From Azolla caroliniana (Eukaryota; Plantae; Polypodiophyta): a stretch of 64,000 nucleotides of DNA. The stretch's first letter is position 1. Each line of letters starts with the position of its first letter. Location of the stretch: assembly GCA_043228905.1 (NCBI GenBank), contig JBHGNT010000022.1:3410001-3474000 (forward strand), written 5' to 3'. Made by a program: the position numbers and the translations under genes. Positions 38,501 through 51,394 of this stretch are shown piece after piece. The notes under the pieces are model-generated. The model had not been told where the DNA came from. It saw only the letters and a list, made by a program, of their open reading frames with translations, and did not search any database.

Positions 38501-41500
38501 CATTTCTAAGACCAGAATAGTTTTGGCTTACAAATGAACTCTACATACGCATGTCAGCATGTGAATGAGAAAATGTGTGCATGTTTTGTTTTTTTTTTGT
38601 GTCTGGGGTTGGGGGGGAGGGAGAGGGATGAGATGAAAGAGCCTTGTAGCTCAGTTCGTAAGGTTGTACAAAGAAGACCCGAACATCATGCATCCAACCC
38701 CTACATTTCAGGGACATCTAGTAAACTAGAACACAGTGAGATTTGATCCTACATGTATGGGTTAGAATAAACATGGCTTACCATAGTCCTAATACATTAA
38801 AAAAAGATGATACAGAAATAAATAGCTACATTTAAAACTAAGACATGTATTGTAGGTGAGTGCAAATCTAGACTTCACTATAACTTTTTTTCAATCCTCA
38901 AGAATCATAGATTTTGTCCTCCATATCATCCATAGTATATAGTCTAGATGTTCTACCATCTTGATTCACATTACCAAAGTACAAGTGTATGTGATGTTAG
39001 AAATAATGGGAATCGATTAGGTAGGCATATAGAGTTACAATCACTACGATGTATATATGAAAACAAATTTTCTATTACATATGAGGGTAGCTCGCAATGG
39101 TAGCCCACACATGTGCTGACACCTTAGAGCTTAGATGGGATCTGGACCAGTTGCCTACAAAACTAGTTGGGACAGATAATAGTCACAGCCACTGTGTAAG
39201 AGATAGAGAGAGTGGATTATATTCTCTATTTGGTCTCAGTGTCACAATAAATGAGCAAGTCAGTTGATAGTAGTGGGGATATTGCTTTTTTGTCAACTGA
39301 GTTGTCATTTAATATGACCTAGCTCCCTAGATACAAGCTTGTGCTAGCTAGTACTTATCTTAAAAGTCAATGGCACATACTTCAAGACTAAGTAAATCTT
39401 AACTTGCCCACAGAATATTCTTCTATTCGACTTGACTAGTCAATCCTAATACCCTACTTCCCTCTTTCCTAAATGCATTCTGTCCTACTCATCTACGGTT
39501 TCCTACATTGACATCTTATCAACCCATATGCTCAGGTTGCACAATAGCTACTCCTCATTTGGGGTGCTATCACAAAGTGTGCACTCTAAGAATGCATGTG
39601 GGGATAAATTGACAACTTGGGGTTAATCATTGATTATATCTAACAGGTGACAGTTCAGATATTAATGCACATGAAGCATCATATTGAGTTTCTTTCACTC
39701 TTCACAAGAATGATCGGAAATCTCAGCAATGTTAAAAGGCCTTTCAAAGACATATATCATCTCTACAATGATGGCAACTCAGCTATCAAGGTGTCTAGAA
39801 TTAGGTGGAGAGACCTTTTATAATACATGAATGGAATATGCTCTCTAGGTGAAGCCACTTCATAAAATACTCTTGCATTAGAAGGATTTTGAATCTCTTA
39901 CATTAAATGGTTTGATTCTACACATCTGACGGAAAAGAATATGAGATTCGAAATCATACTATTTACCTAACGTAACATACAAAGGTTTCCCTCCTTTGAG
40001 TGAAATTCCTATAATGCCACTCTAGCTTCCCTAACATGTTCTTGAAACCTAATCAAAGTTATTTTTGAAAGTTCTGTGGCCAGCATGCATAACATTGACT
40101 GCCATGGATATTATAGTAACATAAACAACTTAAGATTCATGAATGGGACTTACGAGACTATCAATATGGAGGAGTCTACTATATTCTGTATTCAGTAGAA
40201 TGTTTTTATTTGTAATCCATTTAGGATCTTTCTACAAGAAATAGTCAATAATAAAATTATGAAAAACAATAGCACAGAGGTTAAACTCGGTTACCCAATA
40301 CAAGATTATGAAAAACAAAGGCATTTCTATTAAGGAAACCAGTAAGTACCACATTCATGAGTGTTTCAATAAGGGTGGGAGCATCCATCATGACAAGGTC
40401 AGTTTCTCTTGTTGCTTCAACCTTGAGGCCAAAAGGAGTAGGTCCAATAACAGAAGGAAAACGTTGTAAGTACTCATGATTATCAAGCACTTCAACATTT
40501 GAGGTAGGATCTGGAACCCACAGGGGCTCGCCAGCTTGAGCAACCTGAGCCAGCTCCTCCATGGCTGAAACGGCAAGCTCAACGACACTGACTTTCTCTG
40601 CATCTGTCAAACAAAGTGGCCGTGATGCAATCTCCGACACTGATGGTCCTGCCGCAGCAAGCTCACTTAGTGAAGTGGGTTCTTGTATATTATTTAATCC
40701 TAACTCTGTAGATGATGTGGGTGGTGATGATGCTGTTAGGGGTGCTGGCACTGTTAATGTTGAAGTTGTTGGAAGTGGAGAAGCAGATGGCCTCTTTGCC
40801 AGAATTGCTAACCTAGCAACCTGCCGAGCAAAGTTGCAATAATGATTAAACTAAAAATCCATAATTCAAGTGCATTCCTGAATTTGATTTCACATTAATT
40901 TGTTGCAAGTATAGAAATATAGTTCATGCCTCAGTAATAAAATGAAATGAAATGTTGCATTAACATTTTCAGAAGCCCGAGTGACCTATGAGACCACATC
41001 TAATTAAAATGAGTATCTTTATTCAATGAGCATTAAAATAGCATCCATGGAACAATGCTGAATACAATTTCACATCCATTGCTGAGATTGAATATGATTT
41101 CACGATAAAGGATTACTACAGAAATAGTTTTCTAACTAAGGTTTTCAGTGAGCTCAACTCTATACTTGAGATGCACTCCTGAATAAGATTTCACTGTTCC
41201 ATATTAATGGAGTTTTAGCAAATGGCTCAAGACTCGAATTGTCTTCCAATGAGCTTCTTTCAAGAGCATTAAGCTAACATTCATAGCTGAATATGATTCT
41301 GTATCCACACTGACCTTGAATATTACTTCACCTAAGGTTATACTTATGGCAATAGTGTATAGATTGTCAATGCTTCTTTGATGAGCATTAAAGTAAATAG
41401 ACCATCATTTAAATAATACACTGTGAACTTTAAGGTACATTGAAATAACATCTATGAACCACATCTGTATATAATTTCACATCCACACTGACTTTATTCA

Positions 41501-43680
41501 TGTCAAAATAATGGATTCCAACTAGAGAAATAGATCATGAGCTTCTTAGTTAGACAACTAAGTAACCCCCATAATCTGATACACTTCTGCACATCAACTC
41601 ACATTAATGGATTTCAACAAAACAAATCTGATACACTTCTGATACTTGAAATGAGAAATATTTTCACTAAACTCTTTTAATGAACGTTGAAATTAGATGC
41701 GTAGTTGAACATGATTTCACATACACACTGACCTCTTCTTTGAGCTTGGCATTCTCCAACCTCAGTTGGTGGTCTTCTGATGATTCTTCATGCATGCTTG
41801 TAGGGCCTCCACAATTGGAGCAAAGCACACTTCTGATAGTGCTTTGTAGTGCAGCATTCTCAGCCTTGAGTTTGTCATTCTGGCTTCTTAGGTAAGAATT
41901 GTCGTGCCTTTCTTGGTGAGCCTGGTACACATAAGGAAATACACTGTCAATATGTGTGATACATCATCTAGTTGTAAACAAAGAATAAGTTAGCAAAGAA
42001 CATGCCCTCATCCAGTTATAAACAAAGAAGAGTTAGCAAGTTGACGTCCTTATAGACTCCAGTTATAAACAAAGATTAGCCTTCCAAGACTTGCAATAAG
42101 TACAGATTAAAAAGTTTAGGAGAGAATCCTAGACTGGGTAGCAAGAAACAGCTCTAGAAAAACATAGAAATCAGGGATGCTTTATTCAGAGAACTTAGGA
42201 CATAATCAAGTGATGAAACGAGTTAAATAATTTAGCCAGACATTGAAATTTGAAAGAAGAAACTCTGGTTCTTCAGCAAGTGAACATGGAGCTTGAGTCA
42301 TACTTGAGCATCTAATTTAATCGTTATTGGGGCAATTGTGCATTTAGGAGAATGTGATCCTGTCATATCCTTAACTCATGAAGCATTCAGAGAACTTAGG
42401 ACATAATCAAGTGATGAAACGAGTTAAATAATTTAGCCAGACATTGAAATTTGAAAGAAGAAACTCTGGTTCTTCAGCAAGTGAACATGGAGCTTGAGTC
42501 ATACTTGAGCATCTAATTTTAATCTATAACGGTCATGTTTATTGGGGCAATTGTGCATTTAGGAGAATGTGATCCTGTCATATCCTTAACTCATGAAGCA
42601 TAATGTAGATCCATTAGAAATAACCTATGCATAAGTAATAGGATAATAGAGAATACACAAGGAGAAGAAGTTTCAGCAAACCTTCATCTGTGTGCGCTTG
42701 TTTTGGAACCAGAATTTAACTTGCCTTGGGTCCAGATTGAGCTCTCTGCTGAGCTCAAGCCTAGCTTTCTCATCGGGATGAGGACACTCCTTGAATAATC
42801 TGTATCCCCAATGATATCAAAACACAGTACCAAGATTTAGTACCAGTGAATGCGAACCTCCACTAACCCTTTCTTCGGCTGGGAATATATGTGCTAACGT
42901 GCACTCACTGTATAAGTCTCCCGAGTTCTCATTTTTTCGGAGACTGATTACGTAACAATCACATATACTTTGGCATTTAAATTTTCATTGATTTGCAAAA
43001 AGGTAAAATTCTATAGGGAGACAAGGATTACATAATTTTACCTGTATTACTTGTACCCATGGTCTTTTAAAAATCGTACTTCAATCATAACATAGTTACA
43101 TAATCTGTACAATTGAAGTCTGTTTCAATCCACCAGACATTCCTAAAGATTCACATCAATGTAGCTTTCAGCCTTGTACGGGCTTTTGATGATGGTAGTA
43201 TTGCATTCCACTTGATTTCTCTCACTCACTGGTAATACTTACTTGTACAAATCAGATACTAAACCTAGAGTCTATATGGCTCAAATGCCGACAGCCGCAT
43301 AAAGTTCCGAAGCCCAAATTCTAACATGTCCTGAATCTAAATTCTAGGGAAGATAAGAGCTTAAACCTAAATTGAGTTAAAGAGCTCAACATGTTTAAAA
43401 GCTGAGAAAACAACAGTGTTCCGTGTTCCAAATTGCAACAAAGTTCCAGACCTCAAAAACCTAACAAAGTTCAATAATTCCAAGCTTAGAAACTCTAACA
43501 ACGTTCCATGGCTGCTAGGAAGACCTACCGTTCCATTTCTTGGATTTGTCTCTGCGTGTGTCTGTGATATCGTTTCCTTCCTTTTCTTTGCACTTCTTGT
43601 TCATCTGCAGAACCAGCTCCATCGCTACTAATGGATTTACTCTCGATCTCATCCCCTTGGTCTCTCCCTCCTCTCAGCAT
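32509..43680 (-). CDS. Class IV homeodomain-leucine zipper (HD-ZIP IV, ATML1/PDF2/ROC/HDG family) START-domain transcription factor, 10 exons
   Basis: Exons (minus) 43680-43529, 42799-42682, 41921-41733, 40820-40350, 38467-38366, 38223-38017, 34272-34095, 33898-33621, 33388-33293, 32910-32509. Motifs [33 protein letters not shown] zipper loop, [26 protein letters not shown] and LLPSGF. An upstream exon cannot be excluded. Confidence 0.95.
35010..35783 (-). pseudogene. FAR1/MULE transposase fragment in HD-ZIP intron 6
   Basis: [10 protein letters not shown]...[17 protein letters not shown]...[10 protein letters not shown]. Confidence 0.75.
36100..36900 (+). mobile_element. Decayed 3' fragment of a LINE related to the element at 58860-60850
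   Basis: ORF 36366-36662 (WISP...YYK...[16 protein letters not shown]) parallels WITP...YYK...GFITRPRCLDTFLSNAL in ORF 59936-60700. Confidence 0.65.
42185..42600. repeat. Tandem duplication, 2 x ~200-215 bp, in HD-ZIP intron 2
   Basis: TTCAGAGAACTTAGGACATAATC...CCTTAACTCATGAAGCAT occurs twice, near-identical apart from an indel. Confidence 0.92.
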
Positions 43681-43898
43681 CTTCTGCCTCTACCGGTTTC
43701 GTCAATTGTTTCTTTTTACTCAGTTATTCCCCTGCACTCTTCAGCGCTTCAAATCCATGGAGCTCTGTCGCACAAGGCTCGCAGCCGATCAAAAGATTCC
43801 GATATCTCCATGGGCATAGCCAAGCAAGCACGAGAAGGAAGGGATAGTTGCTCAGAGTGGCAAAAGCGCATACAAAATAAGGGCTAAGGTGTTATCTA

Positions 43899-44240
43899 TT
43901 CTGTTCTGCTCTGCTCTGTTCTGTGTTGTGCTGTTCTGCACCTGTCCTCTTATGTTATGTCCGGTTCTGTACCTGTCCTGTTCTGTTCTGTTCTGTTCTG
44001 TTCTGTTCTATTCTGTTCTGTAGTGTACTGTATGAAGCTCTGTGGAAAGGAGGAGGTCTGATCTGCGCAGCGATGAGGAAGAGGGGAAACAGAGTGGTGA
44101 GGAGATATGGCACTCGGAGGTCTCTGGTGTGAAGATGTTCTGTTCTGTTCTGTTCTGTTCTGTTCTGTTCTGTTCTGTTCTGTTCTGTTCTGTTCTGTTC
44201 TGTTCTGGTCTGGTCTGGTCTGGTCTGGTCTGGTCTGGTC
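43899..44240. repeat. (TTCTG)n and (GTCTG)n pentanucleotide microsatellites upstream of the HD-ZIP IV gene
   Basis: Runs at ~43899-43940, 43977-44020 and 44137-44240. Confidence 0.95.
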
Positions 44241-44731
44241 CGGTCCTAAGCTGTTCCTTGTGCAGCTGGTGGGATCATAAGAAACATGGATGGGGAATTT
44301 ATAAGCCCCCATAAATTGGGCCACCTAATTACTTAGAAGGGAAAGAAAGGACATGGGAAGGGTGACAAAGCAACATATGAGGAATACCTAAAACAAAACT
44401 AATGGTAGGAAGTTGGGCTTTCGAACCTCAAATGATTATAATAGAGATTGCGTTTGTGGAGTGGATAAGGTCTGGAATATTTTAGGGGGGGATACAGACA
44501 AAAGTGAACCCCCTATTTAAGTAGAGTAAGAATAACAAACTTCAATGAGTTATAATACACACCATATATTTCTATGATTTGTACCATGTTTTGCTAATTG
44601 GTATATTGTATGGAGGCAACTAACCATGAGAAACAAAGCACCACATATGCCAAGCCCTCTGGACTCTCAAGAGAGGGGGAGACCATAAGAAAAATTACAA
44701 CATCAAAGGGAGAGACTCAATAGTTGCCTAT

Positions 44732-47700
44732 TGTTAAAGAATGGGAAGGCAAGAGTGGTTGCAATGCAGCGGAAGGTGAACGTGTGTGTGTGTGTGTGTA
44801 ACAGTAGAGAGAGAGAGACAGAGATAGACAAAAGTGTATATAACTAACAAAATGAAATACATCCAACAATGACTAAGTTACACTGAGTTGGTTTATATAC
44901 CAACTAAGCTAGGGCAAGCGCCCTTTCTACTATTTACAAAACTAGCTTGGAGTATCCATGTGCTAGTTTGAAACCTATCTATGGGAAGTTGAGTTCGATT
45001 CTCAACACGCCCCTTCAAACACAACTTCCATCTGTCGGAAAGTCGTTTAGTTCGTGCTTCAACTTGTCTAGTCGGTTGTGTTGCGTATTGCATAGCCTAT
45101 CCATGTTGCGTCTGCGTACTCCCCCTCAAGCTCGGCAATGTGGACGACGTGAGACCAAGATCCGATGCAAATTGCCCGAGCTTGTCAACGCCTAAGGCCT
45201 TCGTAAAGATATCAGCGACTTGCAGGTGTGTGCTGATGTGTTGGAGGTCAATTTCTCCGGCCTGGACGCGCTCGCAGATGAAGTGGTAGTGCACTTCGAT
45301 GTGTTTAGTCCGCGCGTGAAATACGGGGTTATGCGCGAGGTAGATATTGCTCATGTTGTCGCGGTACATGCATATTGGATCTTTGATGGGTACGCCCAGA
45401 TCTTTTAGTATACACTTAAGCCATACAACTTCGCATGTGGCGACTGTTGCGCCCCTGTATTCGGCTTCCGTGCTCGACAGTGCGATTGTCGGTTGTTTCT
45501 TACTGCTCCAGGAGATCGCTCCACTGCCGAGGGAGAAGACAAATCCGGATGTGGATCGTCTATCCGCTTTGTATCCTGGCCAGTCCGCGTCTATGTACCC
45601 TTCAAGTTGAATGGTCGTATTCGACTTATACAAGATGCCATAATCCACTATTGTGTTGGCATACCGTAGTATCCTCTTAGCGCAATCGAGGTGAAGGTTG
45701 CTTGAGTTCTGCATGAATTGGCTAAGTAGGCCGACCGAAAAACTGAGGTCGGGTCGCGTAATGGTTAGGTAGATTAGACTGTCGATTAGTTGACGATACT
45801 GAGTCGACTCGCTCGCAGTCGTGCCAGAACTGGCATCGATCTTGAGATTACGTTCAAGAGGGGTAATCATAGGTTTGCACTCTATCATTCCGAACTTGTA
45901 GAGTAAGTTGAGAATGTAGTGCCATTGTGAGATCATGATCCCGACTGGTGTCCGGATTACTTCAATACCTAGAAAGTAATGAAGTTCGTGTAGGTCCTTC
46001 ATTTCGAATCAGCCGGAAAGAAGTGATTTAACTTTGTTAATCTCGGCGAGATCCTTTCCTCCGATAACTAAGTCATCCACGTATAGAATGATGACTATCG
46101 AGCTATCGGACTCATTTCGGATGTATAGAGTGTTGGGGACAAGGCCGTCAATGAAGAACCTGTGTATGAGAATGAAACAAGATAGACACAGAGAGAGAGA
46201 GAGATAGGCACAAAGAAAAACGATTTATTTCTTAATAGCAATAGTTACAAAGAATGACAACCAACCTTTTCTAAAGGTTACAAAGTCACTTTATATAGTG
46301 ACTGTCCTAGGGCAACTGCCCTTTATGCTATTTATAGAAATAGCCCAAACTTGGGCTGTCCAAAGGGACAATGTGAATACGGCCATTATACACTCGTATT
46401 TGACACTCCTCGGTAATGGGGTGTATACATGGGTTATCTAAAAAATTACAGGTATATAGAAGGTTTATCGAACAAATCGGTTTTGTTAGAGTCGGCAAGA
46501 TTCGAATACAGAAGACCGAACCAGTCGGGTCGGAATAGCTGAAGTTGATCCTCAAAGAACCAATGTCGGTTGTCCAAAACCATCTTGTATTGTGTGTCCG
46601 ACTTAACCAGATCGATTTTTCGTTACACCCATCTGGTGCCGAAGGGATCGGAAGCAATCCGCCGAAAGACACTTGGTCATTCCATCTGCGACATTATCGG
46701 TTGTGGATATCTTCTCAAGTCCGATTTTCCCTGAAATGACGCAGTCCCGAACGAAGTGATATCGAACGTCGATATGCTTGGAGGCATTGTGGTGAACCGG
46801 ATTCTTTGACAAAGCAACAACACCATGACTGTCGCTGTAGAAAACTGGAGCCGAGTCAAGGTCGACTTGTCGAAACGTGTGCGCCAGCCAACCGAGCCAT
46901 AAAGCTTCTTTTGCCGCGTCGGATGCAACTACATATTCCGCTTCGGTCGTTGAGGTGGCTGTGCACTCCTGAAGTTTCGACTTCCACGAGATTGCTCCAT
47001 TGCCGAATTTGAAACAATATCCGGTTGTTGATTTCCAACTGTCCACGCAGCCGGCGAAGTCCGAGTCGGTGTAACCGACTACGCCTGAGGTTGAGTTCGG
47101 GCTAAAAAGAATGTCGTAGTCTTTTGTGCCAGCTAGATATCTGAACACATGCTTGACTGCGTTCCAGTGCGATCAGCCTGGGTTGTGCATGAATCTGCTG
47201 ACGACTCCTACGGTGTGAGAAATATCAGGCCGTGTCGCGACCATCACGTACATAAGGGAACTGGCTGCCGGTGCATACGGTACCGACTTCATATCTTCCC
47301 CCTCCGGACCGGATGTCAGGCAGTCTCGCTGAGACAACCGAAGGTTAATGGGGAGTGGGGTCGAAGCAGACTTGGCCGAGTGCATGTTGAAGCGTTCCAA
47401 GACACGTCTGATGTAGTCGGTTTGAGACAAGAAAAGTTGTCGTTTATCGCGATGCCGACTAATCTTCATACCAAGTATGTGTCTTGCCGGACCGAGATCC
47501 TTCATGGCAAACTTCAACCGCAGTTTCCGAACGAGTTCGGTGAGCTCTCCGGCATGTCGGCCGGAGAGTAGCATGTCGTCCATGTAAATGATGAGGAAGA
47601 CGGGGGACCCGTCTTGAGCTGTTTTGGTGAAGAGACAATGGTCCTCATCGCTCTTGGAGAAGCCGACCGACTGGATGAAGTCGTCGAACTTCTTGTACCA

Positions 47701-50700
47701 CTGTCGGGGTGCCTGTTTCAAGCCGTAGAGACTCTTCCTGAGTTGGCAGACTAGATGTTCCGTTGCTCCATATAGATTTCCTCTTGTAGGTCACCGTGAA
47801 GGAATGTTGTTTTTACATCTAGCTGAATCAGCTCCAAGTTGTCCGCGGCCACGACGCTGAGTATGAAACGAAGGGTCGTCATTTTCACCTCTGGTGAAAA
47901 GATTTCGTCGAAGTCGACGCCATATTCTTGTCTAAAACCCTTCGCAACTAATTGGCCTTGTACTTTGGGTTGGTCGAGTCGGACGTCTCTTTTAGTTGAT
48001 AGACCCATTTACATGGAAGAGCACGTCGATTCTTCGGTAATTCGACCAAGTCCCAAGCCTTGTTTGCCCGAATGGAGTGCATTTCCGACTCCATCGCTAG
48101 ATGCCATGTGGATGAATCGGCAGATGCCAATGCTTCTTCGTAAGACATCGGTTCGTCAGCATCGGTAAAGAAAATTCCAGGAGAGTACCTCTCCGGAGGT
48201 TGCGACAATCTCTTGGATCTGCGAGGTATGACTAGACTAGTCGCACCGGGTGACAATGTCGAATGGTCGGGAGCCGAGCCATTTGGCTGTGCCGAATTGG
48301 TGGATTCGGTGCGAGAGTTGTCGGTTACCCGTGAAACCGATCTCGTGTTGTGGGCTGGGCCGTCATGAAGGGTTGGCACTTCGGAAAATATTACCCTTCG
48401 GACTTCAATAGGCCTTTCGGTCGTTTTATGCATAGTCGACTCATTGAACACGATGTCCGAACTTTGGACGATTTGTCTGTGCTCGAGGTCCCAGAGTCGG
48501 TATCCGATCTCGTCGTCGGGTCCATACCCAAGGAAAACGCATTTCCTTGATCTTGGTTCGAGTTTCCGGTGATCGTCTTTTGGTATGAGGGCGTATGCCT
48601 CGCAACCGAAGATCCTCAGCTTGTCATAATTCGGCTTGCTACCGGTCCATATTTCTTGAGGTATTTGAAGTCCTAGAGGTCTACTTGGCAACATATTTAT
48701 TATGTGTACTGCCGTAAGTAGAGCCTCCGCCCAAAAGCCATCCGACAGTCCGGAGTGTTGGAGCATGGATACTACGCGTTCTTGAATCGTCTGATTCATG
48801 CGTTCAACAATTCCGTTCTACTCTGGACTATAGGGTGCCGTATATTCACGTCGAATGCCGCGTTCCCGACCGAATTTGATGAATTCTTCAGACTTGAATT
48901 CTCCTCCATTGTCGGTTCGGAGACATTTCAGTTTCTGACTAGTCTGATTTTTGACCATTGCAAGCCATTTGGAGAAGATTGAGAACACCCGATCTTTGGT
49001 TCTGATGGGGTAAGCCCACACCTTCCGAGTTGAGTCGTCAATGAAACTGAAGAAGTACGAAGCACGACCAAGAGACTGATGTGGCATTGGGCCACAGACG
49101 TCCGAGTGGACCAAGTCGAGTGGGCTCGATTCTCTTGGTGCTGATGTCGGGTGTGATGCGGCTACCTGTTTGCCGTACTGGTAGTGCTCGAAGAATTGGT
49201 GATCCGAGAAGGAGAGCTTGGGGATGTAACCGGCTTTGGATAGGTCCGTTATGCCGGCCTTGCTAAGGTGTCCAAGTCGTCTGTGCCATAACGATTACAC
49301 AGGGATATCAACCAAAAATAAGTCACCCTCTCTGAGTGTGACATATAAGGGGTACAAAGAGTGTACCTTTGGTCCTCGAGCAAGCAGGAGGTTCCCTTTG
49401 TGGAGTGTCCACCCTCCTGATGAGAACCTGGCATGGATGCCATCTTCGTCAAGTTGTCCGACTGAGATCAAGGGTCTTGAAAGCTCAGGAACGTGTCAGC
49501 CGTTGTGTAGTACGAGTGTAGAGCCACCCAGAAGGTACGATGCTGATTCCGATTATAGCACAGTGCTGCGAGTTTTCGACTCGAACTGAGTCAGAGTGCC
49601 GGCCCGAGTATTGCCGAAATTGAGGTCAGTGAGGTGTCACATGATACGATGCGCCCGAGTCCAGGAGCCATGTGCTCGATTCCTCAGTCGTAAGCAGAAC
49701 TTCTGATTCGACTAGGTTCTCTATGGCGAATATGTTCGGGTTGGTCGTCAAAATTTCGGTTGAAGAGCCGACGTAGTTGACCTCCTCATACCGGCTACTC
49801 TTCTGATCCGCTGTCTGAGCTTTGTCGGTTTTTGCTTTGAGTGCCCGACAGTCGGCTTTGATGTGTCCCGGTTTCTTGCAGTAGTTGCAGATTCGGTTGT
49901 CCCGAGACTTGCTCCGGCTTCGTTGATTGTTCAGCGGTCGCGAAGAACTTCTTCCCCGGTTGTTCGATCGGTCGGTTGAACCTTCTACTACGTAAGCTTC
50001 ATCCGCCAAGTCTTTGGCGAAAGACTTTCTCCAAGTTGCTTCAGTTAGGATTGTGCTCGTGACTTTGGAGTACTTAACGGCAGCTGTTGAAGCATTGCAC
50101 ACGACTGTAACGAAAGTTTCCCATGAAGAGGGGAGAGTACTCATGAGTATCATTGCTCTGAGTTCGTCCTCGATTGTCGTCCCCTGAGACGAGATTTGGG
50201 AGCTTATTCTTTCGTACTCGTTGAGATGTGCCTGAACCGAAACGGATTCTTTCATCCGCAAGTTGTAGAGGTGCCGGATCAGATACATCTTCGTTGCAGC
50301 GACCTTCTTTTCATAAGTTTCCGACAGTGTTTTCCAAAGTTCAAAAGCTATCGAGCACGATTGCACTGTGAAGTACATAGACTCCGATAAGTGCATTCAA
50401 ATCGTGGTGTGAACGATTCTATCCAGCTTTAGCCATTCGTTTGTCTTGTATGCTTCTGGAGGATTTTCATTCTCAATCGGGTCTATCTGACCTTTGACTA
50501 TGAGATAGTCCTGCATTTGTTCCTTCCAGAAGTTGAAGTTCGAACTGTCGAACCTCCTTAGAATCATCTCCGATGAGTTGGATGTTGATGCCATTCGCTT
50601 CGGTTTCGGTTTGTAAGACTCGGTTCGGAGTTGACTATGAACCTTAGTGGGGTGCAGCCGGTCGGGTCACCTGATATCGTTCTAGTCGGTTTTGAACCCG

Positions 50701-51354
50701 CGTCGGTTTGGTTTCGGATACTTGTTGCTGAACTTGCTCGGAGTGACTACGGTAACTTGAGGGACAGAACCGGCTGGTCTTCCCGAATGTTGCCGAGTCG
50801 GAGTGAGCCCGGCTAGCTTCCGATTGTATGCCGAATACCGATTACAAGAAACCGATTGTTTGGGCCGATTTTGCTTCGGATGACTACAACGATGAGAGGG
50901 ACGGATCCAACTGATCCTCCCGAATGTCGATCACCCGAGTGAAGCACGAATTTGGTTGTTGCTTGGAGACCAATCTGCAGCGAGCGATTACAGCAAGCGG
51001 GTGAATAGCGTCCGGTAACCTATTCGGATGTTGTTTAACTGAATGAAGCACGATTGGGTCGGTTGTTGGTCAAGGAGCTCCCCTCAAGTGGTTACAATCA
51101 CAGGAACAGAGTACAGCCGACTGGCTTACTCCAATTTGTGATTTAACCCAGTGAGATGCGAGCTTTTTGTTTTTCTTCTCCCTTCTCTATTCTTCAAAGA
51201 AAACGAAATGTTGTGTGGTGTACTATGACGGCCGATAGCGGGTTGAAGAACCTCCAACGCTCTGATACCAAATGTTGGGGACAAGGCCGTCAATGCGGAA
51301 GTGCAAGCAACATTCGTGATGAAGAAGAACTTGTGTATGAGAATGAAACAAGAT

Positions 51355-51394
<40 letters not shown>

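Noticed and set aside
43923-44324. ORFs with FCSVL/QNRTE repeats
   Set aside because: Translations of the (TTCTG)n microsatellite.
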